In this document: positions 54,073 to 64,000 of the stretch, in pieces | Position numbering within the stretch: the first letter of the stretch is position 1 | Layout of the letters: every line of letters begins with the position of its first letter | NCBI RefSeq assembly: GCF_001194135.2 | Contig: NC_068998.1 | Location: forward strand, 26,879,891-26,943,890 | DNA length: 64,000 nt | Reading direction: 5' to 3' | From: Octopus bimaculoides | Lineage: Eukaryota | Program-made: the position numbers and the translations under genes | Notes under the pieces: model-generated | What the model was told of the DNA's origin: nothing | Seen by the model: the letters and a program-made list of their open reading frames with translations, nothing else | Database searches by the model: none

Positions 54073-54250
54073 AGGCGGCGAACTGGTAAGCTAGTGCGTC
54101 CATCAAAATACTTCACGATGTTTCTTCAGGTATCTTACATTGTTGTTCAAATACTCCGAGGTCAGTCAATGAAATAAGTACCAGTGAATCACTGGGGTCG
54201 ATGTACTCGACTATCCCCGACCTCAAAATTTCAGGCCTTGTGCGGGCATT
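54073..54250 (+). mobile_element. SINE family B (GGCGGCGA-head), degenerate; further traces at 55118-55320 and 56141-56170
   Basis: aggcggcgaactgg...aataagtaccag...cactggggtcgatgta; directly follows (ATT)n. Confidence 0.6.
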
Positions 54251-54269
54251 GCTGACTTGTGGAATTATG

Positions 54270-54720
54270 AGGAACTGCTGCTGCGAGTGAGACAGATCCG
54301 TCTGTAGGCCGAGTTCATAGTAATGAATGCCCTGCAACCTTCCTTTAATCGAGCAAGAAAGACAGTTTTCCTTTGTCTGGAAGATGTAACGAAAGAGTTT
54401 GTCTGATACACGAAGTGGAAAGGCATGAGAACAGAGACACTCCTCCTTGATAGTGCACTCATCTACTTTTCAAGTTTCACTTGAAAAAGAAAGTGAGAGT
54501 TGAAAGGGAGATACTATCCTCAAGTGAATTTATTGAAAGGTGGGTGAAAGTTGCGAAAATAGCAAGAGAAGATGGTACAGCTGTAAGTGTAGACCTGTGA
54601 GTCGAAGAAAGGGAATTCAGAGGGCACTTGCCTTTGGTGTTCAGAGAGATCTTGGACGAGGGAGTTCCTAGATTGTCCCTAGAGGGCCTCCTGTATCAGG
54701 AGGGCCACATCGGCATCATA
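54270..54720 (+). mobile_element. L1/Tx1-like LINE 3' end remnant
   Basis: FKFHLKKKVRVER motif followed by short 3' UTR and T-rich end at a gap (recalled similarity). Confidence 0.4.
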
Positions 54721-55331
54721 CTTTTCCTTTTTTTTTATTATNNNNNNNNNNNNNNNNNNNNNNNNNNNNNNNNNNNNNNNNNNNNNNNNNNNNNNNNNNN
54801 NNNNNNNNNNNNNNNNNNNNNNNNNNNNNNNNNNNNNNNNNNNNNNNNNNNNNNNNNNNNNNNNNNNNNNNNNNNNNNNNNNNNNNNNNNNNNNNNNNNN
54901 NNNNNNNNNNNNNNNNNNNNNNNNNNNNNNNNNNNNNNNNNNNNNNNNNNTATATATATATATATATATATTCCTTCTGTCATTTCATTATATGAAAACC
55001 CCTAAACTTTATGTTTGTCTTTGTATTGTCCCTCTTATCCTTCGCCTTGGGGACAAATAAAAGAAATCATTACTAGCATTATTTGGAAGATACTATCATT
55101 ATTAGAAGATTTTGCCAGGCGAGCTGGCAATATTGTCAAAACACCGGGAGAAGGGCTTGGTGGCATTTCTTCAGGCGTTTTACGTTATGAGTTTAAATGC
55201 TATCAATGTTATCATTACCTTACATCCCTCCTGTACCAATAAAAACTAAAGAACCAGTCTAGTGCTGGGAACAATGTAATCGACTAACCTGTCCAACTGA
55301 AACTGCTAGCCCTGTGTTAAAATTTTGAAAC

Positions 55332-55364
<33 letters not shown>

Positions 55365-55419
55365 TATCATCATCATCATTATTTTTATCAATATTATTTT
55401 CATTATTATTATTATTATT

Positions 55420-55974
55420 GAGTGAGAGAGAAGTGCATGCCATCAAAGTGACACTGGGGTACAAATATACGAAGCCCAGTATACTCATCATGACTACCCG
55501 TCTGATAAGGGTCCATCTGGCACAAGCATCACTACCATTTGTGCACGACATGGTGATCTTATATCAAGATAAACAGCGCATGACTTTGCAGGTTGGGCCC
55601 AGTTAGAATTTTCTTCAGGTTGAGAGTCTCATTCCAATAAAAAGGTCCCTGAATAAGGGTTGCTTAAGGATGTTGAAATACCCATGTTTCCAGAGGTGAA
55701 TTATTCAAACCCCAAAGAATTTCTCTCAACACATGGCTATGTGGCTCCCCCACTACTTCTGCTCGTGATCAGAGATGCACATATCGTCAGCTACTAAGGA
55801 ACATGCTCAACTGGCTAAGGTCAAGCAACTAACAAGCAAATCAGTGGTACTGAGCAGAATATTTGCTATAGCCCATCTTCTATACCAAGGCAAAACAATA
55901 TACATGATAACACTTCCAATCAGTTAAAATCAGAAGCCATGAGAGCCATTGCCTGTTACTGCATCAGGGTATTT
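55420..55974. repeat. ~555-bp non-coding, GC-richer element bounded by (CAT/TAT)n and (TAT/GTT)n
   Basis: Sharp microsatellite boundaries on both sides; no ORF motif found. Confidence 0.5.
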
Positions 55975-55976
55975 AC

Positions 55977-56028
<52 letters not shown>

Positions 56029-56062
56029 GTTGTTGTTGTTGTTGTTATTATTGTTATTATTA

Positions 56063-56141
<79 letters not shown>

Positions 56142-56199
56142 GGTTTTTAGCTGGCAAAATCGTTAGCACACTTCACCATACTTTTTCCAAGCAATCGCT

Positions 56200-57900
56200 C
56201 GACATTTGATGCAATACCAAATAGGTTCATACATTCCATAATCTAAGAATGTGGGTTCATATCGTACGCCTTACGATAGTCGATCCATGACCTGACTAAG
56301 TTAGCTTTCCTCCTCTTGCAGTCTCTAAATACAGTTTTGTCTGCCAAGGGTTGATCCTTGGTACCCCTGCACTTACGCTTGCAACCCTTCTTCTCGTGTA
56401 GCAAGACTCCATTTTTTTTCCAGATCTCTGTACATTGACTCTGTGACTATTCCAATCAATAATTTCCGCATAAGTGGCAAACAGGATATCGGCCTGTAAT
56501 TGTCTACCGTATTGCCCTTTTCGGCGTTTTTCAAGCACAGCACTGTCCTACCCATTATCAACCACTCCGGTGTTATTTGGTCGGCATTTAACAGGGTGTT
56601 GTGCAGCTTCCAGTTGCCCATTTTTTGCTGATTTCTTTCACTTCCCTGTTTTGGACAGACTACTGTTTGTTTCAGTTCTTGCAACCATTCTGCATCCTTC
56701 TTGTGCTCCTTGTCTTTGCTCCAGATGTCATTCCAAAACTTTTGACTTTCAATGTTATCTGGTATCAACTTTTCATCTGTACACACTCCATTTATTTCTT
56801 TGTAGAATCTCTTCTAATCTACTCTGAATAACCTATTCTGCTGGTAACCCTTCATTCATTGGTCGTATCTTACCATCTTTGGATTCTTTGCAACGAGGCG
56901 CTGTTTCAGTTCCTCCATTACCACTCTCAGGTCCTTTCTTTCAATATCATATATACTTCCTGTTCAGTGCCCTGTATTTTTTTTTTCGCTTTTAAGCTCC
57001 CCCTTCTCTTTTCAGTCTAACACAGAAATGTCCTTCGAGAGCATATCTAACCCCGCCTGTATTCTTTTCCACCATGGACTTTTTTCTTTTGTCACTCCCA
57101 TTATATTTCTTTTTTCTTAACATCAACACCCACATTTTCTTCTACAACAATTCTTGTTGCCTTGATCAAATTATTTGTGTCTGTGATGTTTTTGCTTCTT
57201 CGTTCAATTTCCACCGATCAACCGTTTTAAGGTTGCAAATAATGTCACTATCGTTCTCCTGTAGCCTTGCCTTTATTCTGTCGTAGATTGCCTTTTGCCC
57301 ATCTGTCATGTCACCATTAGTTTTATTGTCTTCTTCCACACCATCTATATGTCTCTCATCGAGCAAGCTATCACTGTTCCTTTCCTGTGGTTTATTAGAG
57401 ATTTCACCTCTGTTTTCCGCTATGAGATTACTTTTATCAGTGGGAACTGTATTTTCATCGTTTCCTCTGCTGCTGTTTTCCAATATTCGTCTTTTAATAG
57501 CTTCGAGCTCTACTTCTGTGAGCCAACGATTTTTCTTATTGCTATAGCTTGATCACATAATCCCCTTTTTTTCTCCATTGATCATATATACGTTGTCGGT
57601 GTCCCCAAATATGAACGCCATTTTCGTCTACAGGCTTGCTCAGATAGTAACAATCCATAACCACAGCATTGACTTGTTTGCTCCATCTACGCCGTGTGTG
57701 GCGGTCCCTTGCTGGAAAGCGACAGACTGGAGTCGGACCAGTATCTCTGAGCCTGCCGCGTGCAACACTGTCACCATGAAGGGTTTCACTTTCATTAACA
57801 CCGTTATTCACAATATTTTGTTTTTTCATTGTCACTCATATGAGGTAGCGATTATCAGGTTGCGCAGTTACCAGTGTTTTTATTGTATCCTCAATCAGAA
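56200..57900 (-). mobile_element. R4/Dong-clade LINE, 5' portion with internal deletion
   Basis: RRRWSKQVNAVVMDCYY...RQRIYDQW (R4 N-terminal), FWNDIW, PEWLIMGRTVLCLK...NYRPISCLPLM; flanked by (TAT)n. Confidence 0.85.
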
Positions 57901-58035
57901 CATGGGGAGATTCCAACTGCTTCTTTCATTATTATTATTATTATTATCGTCACTGATATCATTATTTTAATTTTTCTTACTATTTGTCATTGTTAATATT
58001 TCCTCTGATCCGACATGAGTTTTGATTAAACTATT

Positions 58036-58209
58036 ACTAAACAATATTTAATATCTTTTAATAATAAATGGAAATAACAACAATAATGATAATAATAATA
58101 ATAATAATTATTATTATTATTATTATTATTATTGTTGTTGTTGTTGTTGTTGTTGTTGCTGTTGTTGTTATTTCCATTTATTATTAAAAGATACTAAATG
58201 TTGTTTAGT
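58036..58209. repeat. Large palindrome: 48-bp unique inverted arms (2 mismatches) around mutually complementary (AAT)n/(ATT)n/(GTT)n
   Basis: 58036-58083 versus reverse complement of 58162-58209. Confidence 0.9.
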
Positions 58210-60139
58210 TTCAACTTTTGTCTTGCACTTGAGATAATCATTATTATGTGAGGGTTGAAGGGAATAGTAGGAGGAAGGTTAGTAAATAGACCACATTCTA
58301 CAGGTCTGTAAATAGATTTGGCAGATGGGGAGGAGGTCAGCAATGGACACTCCTGTGCGATAAGGAGACAAAAGAGGCCTCACACCCTTGAGGTTTGTAA
58401 CGGTCAAATGTGTTTACTACTACTAGCGATCAATGAGAGCGCTGACCTTGGCCTTGGAAAGAACAATTCACCTTGTTCTATTTTTAATTACTGATAGAAA
58501 TATTATATATACACTGATGTCACATCGTTGAATTTTTGAATTTCTGAATATTTTTTTCTATAAGTTTATTAATAATAATAATAATAATGATGATGATGAT
58601 GATGATGGTGGTAATACAACAACACGGTAATACAACAATTAAATGCACGGGAAAAAATTAAGGAGGTAAGCATATACAAACTGTACAATTACAAAAGGTG
58701 GAAACCACAGCAAAACTTATAGAAAGAAAAAAAATATTCAGAAATTCAAATCTCACCAAAAGTGACTTTGCCTTACATTTATCCTGTAACCAGAGAATAA
58801 GTCGCAGACAATTACCGGGGTCGATTAAATCGATCACACCCTGTCCAAAGATTGCGTGGTCTTGCGCCAAAATTAGAAATCATCGTTACTTTTTCATTAT
58901 TACTGTAACAACTTTAAAGAATAGACGAGGGACATTAATATGAACTAATAAACATCTTTATAAGATAATGAACGTCTACATTGAAAATACTCAACAAGAA
59001 ACAGCGTTCGATATTGCGGGTGGAGTTTGCCATTGCTGTATTATTTTCTATCTAATCTTTAGACAAGCTGTCTCTTATTAAACATCGACCAAGTCAAGCC
59101 TTATATTGATTTTATAGTTAGATTATCATGACAACTGATCTATGTACAAGATATTTTCTTTCCAAGGAAGTGGAGGTTTTAGAAAACAAACATTTTTGTA
59201 TGTACTGCAAAGAATAATCGGATCATTGTTGACTGGCTAATGTACCGAGATAACAAATAAACATATTTGGTTTTTATCATATAAACGGGGGTTCAGTTCC
59301 TAGAATTAGCGAAAGTTTTCAGTACTGAAAATAAATATACAATTTAATTTAATATGGCATGACCGGTAAGATAGCAATACAATTTCGAGTATATAGCGTA
59401 TAAGCCAGTGTTTTGCCTGTGGTGAGAGAATCTCTTCTATGTTAAATAAAGTGTATAGATTGTTCTATAAGAAATATCACAAAGGTGATTTCATATCTTT
59501 GCATTTTTGTTATTGTGATGTTAATAGTTCTGATGACGTTGTTGACAAGTTACATAAACCACTGGAACGTGGGTGTCTGAAAAGATCGACTTTATCCAGT
59601 GAATCTTGAATAAGTCTGTTCAGCAAAGTTAATTCCTCTCCAAAACAGAAATGTTGGATTCAGCTCAGTAAGGCAATGAAATATTAATGTCAATTATTCA
59701 GTGGTTATCCTGCTTGCAACAGTGAGCTGGATTTTCGTAAAATACCTGTTTATTGCTAGGTACAATAAACTAGTGAGAATTGAGTGATTTTGTTTTTCTA
59801 TGGATTATATAGTGTTATTTATAAATTATAAATAATCGAACATTCACTTGGTAGCATACTACGACACTCATTTCACAGGTAACATTATCCTTAATAATAG
59901 ATTTGTTAAACTATTTCTTCACAATAGAATAAGTGAAATGTTGTTCCACGACAATATATGATATATAATTCAACAGTAAGACTGGTATAACATTAGCTAC
60001 AAGAGACAACGTTCAGCAGCCTGAAAATTATAGACATGAATTTAAATCATTTAATCCTGCTGTGTAAAAAAGATGTGAAAACACCAAATCTATCTCAAAA
60101 AACGTCTATTTTGAAATCTCGTTATATATATATATATAT

Positions 60140-60560
60140 ATATACTCTTTTACTCTTTTACTTGTTTCAGTCATTTGACTGTGGCCATGCTGGAGCACCG
60201 CCTTTTAGTCGAGCAAATCGACCCCAGGACTTATTCTTTGGAAGCCTAGTACTTATTCTATCGGTCTCTTTTGCCGAACCGCTAAGTTACGGGGACGTAA
60301 ACACACCAGCATCGGTTGTCAAGCGATGATGGGGGGGGACAAACACAGACACACAGACATATACACACACATACATATACATATATATACATATATACGA
60401 CGGGCTTCTTTCAGTTTCCGTCTACCAAATCCGCTCACAAGACTTTGGTCGGCCCGAGGCTATAGTAGAAGACACTTGCCCAAGATGCCACGCAGTGGGA
60501 CTGAACCCAGAACCATGTGGTTGGTAAGCAAGCTACTTACCACACAGCCACTCCTACGCC
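60140..60560 (-). mobile_element. Full-length SINE family A with internal microsatellite
   Basis: tRNA-like head, CORE-like segment, (TA/CA)n, and 3' tail ending in aaacaagtaaaagagtaaaagag. Confidence 0.9.
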
Positions 60561-60861
60561 TATATATATGAGGTGGAGTACCAGTGCTTTCGAACGAAGG
60601 TCTTTGTGATATTTATTGCACGTGGATTTCAACGATGCAGTTTTCAAACGACGCTATTGTTCACAAAAATGCAAAATATATAAAATAAATAAATATATAA
60701 GATTACGTAAATTCTTTACAGAAAAATCACTGTGAAGATTTACTCGGGAGGATGGGAAAATAACTAACACCGAGACTATGACGAGTACTTATTTTATCGA
60801 TCTTTGATATATGAAACTTAAGGATTAAGTTTCATATATCAAAAACAAAAAATAAACACTC

Positions 60862-61500
60862 GTGAAATTGAACAATAGAAAGGCTCCTGGTATGGATGGA
60901 TTAGATACAGAGATATACAAATATGGTGGTGAACATCTCTGTACAATTTTGTCAGCTGTAGTTCTTCAGGATTGGCGTGATGCGATTTTGGAGATATTCT
61001 ACAAATCGAAAGGTGGAAAATGTGTGGGCAATAATTTTCTTGGCATCTGTATGTTAGCTGGGACTGGAAACACCCTTTGTGGTGTAAAGCTGGATAGATT
61101 GCATCTGCATATTGCTGATGAGGTTCTACGAGAATCACAATGTGGGTTTAGAGGTGGTAGAAGTATTATAGATATGATATTTTCAGCTACACCGCTATAA
61201 GAGACGTGCATCAAACAGAATACGGACTTATATCATATTTTTATTGGTCTAATAAAAGTGTTTGACTCTGTAAATAGAGTTGCACTTTGGGCGATCTGGG
61301 AAAAGCTGGGCTGCCCTGAAAAAATTGTGAGAATACTTAGACAATTTCATGACGAGATGGAGGTGAGAGTTAATATTGGAGGTACCCTGTCAAATCCAGT
61401 TTCTGAAGAAAATGGTGTGAAACAAGGTGATATTCCTGCTCCTACCTTGTTTGTTCTGTATTTTACAATAGTCTTTCAAACAGCCTTCGAACTTTCGCCG
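60862..61500 (+). mobile_element. RTE-BovB-like RT fragment flanked by ~175-bp direct repeats (60634-60812 / 61511-61679)
   Basis: RKAPGMDG, ESQCGFRGGRSIIDMIF, FDSVNR, GVKQGDIPAPTLF. Confidence 0.9.
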
Positions 61501-61689
61501 TTTATGCAAAGATGCAGTTTTCAAACGACGCTATTCTTCACAAAAATGCAATACAAAATGAATAAATATATAAAATTACGTGAATTTTTTACAGAAGAAT
61601 CACTGTGAAGATTCTCCCAAGAGGATGGAAAAATAACTAACACCATGACGAATACTTATTTTATCGATCTTTGATATATACGGGAAGAC

Positions 61690-61965
61690 TTTTCAACTTA
61701 ATTACTTATTAATGCGAAGACAACTTCAAAACTATCTAAGTTGGCTAGCTACATATAGGGTTTGAAGACCAACTCCACACCACATACAATTAAGTGGATA
61801 TTCATAGAAAATTCCATGCTATATGTTAATGGATCTAAGAAATGCGAGTTATGCGCGGGTAAAAGAACTCGTATGATTTTGAATCGAAGACGTCTACCTC
61901 ACTGGTGAATTCCAGAGCAGAAATTTCCAGAAAATGTAAACATATAGACAAGTTTCTTATTTCTT
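61690..61965 (+). mobile_element. PLE GIY-YIG C-terminal fragment (Nematis-like)
   Basis: KLASYI*GLK...TIKWIFI...YVNGSKKCELC...LVNSRAEISRKCKHIDKF. Confidence 0.7.
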
Positions 61966-62270
61966 TATTGCCCACAAGGGGCTAAACATAGAGGGGACAA
62001 ACAAGGACAGACAAAGGGATTAAGTCAATTACATCGACCCCAGTGCGTAACTGGTACTTAATTGATCGACCCCCGAAAGGATGAAAGGTAAAGTCGACCT
62101 CGGCGGAATTTGAACTCGGAACGTCACGGCAGACGAAATACCAATTTCTTTATTGCCTACAAGGGGCTAAACATAGAGAGGACAAACAAGGACATACAAA
62201 GGGATTAAGTTGATTACATCGACCCCAGTGCTTAACTGGTACTTAATTTATCGACCCCGAAAGGATGAAA
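61960..62270 (-). mobile_element. Two tandem 5'-truncated SINE family B copies running into a gap
   Basis: tttctttattgcc...atcgaccccagtgc..aactggtactt...cgaaaggatgaaa repeated ~185 bp apart; B-box RC atttgaactc. Confidence 0.75.
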
Positions 62271-62874
62271 NNNNNNNNNNNNNNNNNNNNNNNNNNNNNN
62301 NNNNNNNNNNNNNNNNNNNNNNNNNNNNNNNNNNNNNNNNNNNNNNNNNNNNNNNNNNNNNNNNNNNNNNNNNNNNNNNNNNNNNNNNNNNNNNNNNNNN
62401 NNNNNNNNNNNNNNNNNNNNNNNNNNNNNNNNNNNNNNNNNNNNNNNNNNNNNNNNNNNNNNNNNNNNNNNNNNNNNNNNNNNNNNNNNNNNNNNNNNNN
62501 NNNNNNNNNNNNNNNNNNNNNNNNNNNNNNNNNNNNNNNNNNNNNNNNNNNNNNNNNNNNNNNNNNNNNNNNNNNNNNNNNNNNNNNNNNNNNNNNNNNN
62601 NNNNNNNNNNNNNNNNNNNNNNNNNNNNNNNNNNNNNNNNNNNNNNNNNNNNNNNNNNNNNNNNNNNNNNNNNNNNNNNNNNNNNNNNNTTCATCATTCA
62701 TTTATTTACTTATTTAGTCCTTTACCATTGTATTGGAATGAGGTTAAGGATGGTGAACTCTTCAAAAAAAGAACAGGTGCGGTTTGGTCCCCACTGAAAG
62801 TCATTTTGCTTTCTTTCTCTCTTCCCCTTTTCCTTTCTTCCTCTTTCTTTTTCTCCTCTGAGTTATATTTAGAA

Positions 62875-63911
62875 TACAAAATGTATTGTCTCCCCTTCCA
62901 AACATTCAATTTTGGAAGGAATTTTTTGATGAAATGTAGTTCTGCATGAAAAAAATTAGTATAATATTTGAAAATCAACTATTTAAAAAATGAATAAAGA
63001 AATAAGATAAAATGAAAAAACACAACAGACATATCTTACAAAAAAAGTGACACACGCCAATATTTAAATTTCTAATCCCATACAGCCTGGCAAGATACAT
63101 CTGTGCTATAGTGACTGACCCCCAAATATGTGAAATCCAACTCAACGAACTCAAAGGCTTCCTCACAGTGCAGAAAACCCCTTAGGATTAATTAATGAGG
63201 GAATTAAAAAGGCGATGAAACTGAACATAACACACTACGGACACCTAGAGAAAATGTTAACGAAAACGCGATTCCGTTCGTTAACACACACAGTCCTGGA
63301 ATAACCAACATCTTTCAAGCAATAAAATTGAACTTACCTATGCTCCTACAAAGCGCCAAGAGGAAAAATCTGATTGATAAAAAAAACACCTTACGGAATA
63401 GCAGATGCCATCAAAAACTCTTAAAAACACCTCACAAGGGCAGAATTCAAATCAGAGAATGAATCAGAATTCTTAGTAAAAGAATGTGTAGATAGGAGAT
63501 GGGGAACATGCAACAACATCAACAACTTCAAATACTTGGAAAGTGATTCCCACATAAAATTCAAGAACGGACCACTTTTCAAAATAAATACAGATATGAA
63601 CTGCAAAACGTAAAACTTCATATACTGCATTACCTGCCCAAACTGCAAAGAAAATTACATTGGCGAAACAATTCATTCCCTCTGCTAACGTGCAAGAATC
63701 TACAGGCAACATATCCGACAAGCGGAATTACGCAAGATTCCATTAAGTAAGCATTTAGAAATATGCAGCGACGGAAAATTCAAAATTTTTCCATTTTACA
63801 AATATGCACGGGATGATCCGCAGTACCAAAAAGCAATGGAACTACATTTCATCAAAAAATTCTCTCTAAAATTGAATGCTTGAAAGAAAAGCGGAGGCAA
63901 TACATTTTGTA
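62875..63911 (+). mobile_element. Neptune-like PLE 3' fragment (RT thumb, Cys linker, GIY-YIG) with an inverted copy of its ORF end at 62875-62943
   Basis: IPYSLARYICAIV, IPFVNTHSP, ECVDRRWGTCNNI, NFIYCITCPNCKENYIGET...HFIKKFSLKLNA* (stop 63881-63883). Confidence 0.85.
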
Positions 63912-64000
63912 AGTGTTATACTAATGTTCTCTAATGCAAAAATATGAAATTGAAAGAGGCGTGATCGAAGTTACACAGAATAAACATGGCCACGTTCCCA

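Overview
AT-rich, microsatellite-dense eukaryotic (animal) DNA with 13 N-gaps, most abutting simple repeats. The repeat repertoire looks cephalopod/Octopus-like to me (inference from recalled SINE sequences, not verified). No intact host protein-coding gene, rRNA or true tRNA could be supported. The window is a transposon graveyard: RLE-type (R4/Dong-like), RTE, CR1-like and L1/Tx1-like LINE remnants, a 5'-truncated Helitron with an intact 3' hairpin/CTAG end, mariner remnants, a hAT MITE with an 8-bp TSD, two tRNA-derived SINE families, and at least eight fragments of Penelope-like elements (PLEs) from about three lineages. The main signal the ORF track does not show is RNA structure: seven type I hammerhead ribozyme (HHR) motifs, intact or degenerate and in several architectures, between 1.9 and 28.9 kb. 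They occur in PLE 3' ends, in inverted-repeat modules and in a ~237-bp tandem unit. One PLE family (two copies) carries a tRNA-derived Pol III promoter cassette between its ORF stop and its hammerhead. All folds and translations were done by eye, and element boundaries are approximate.
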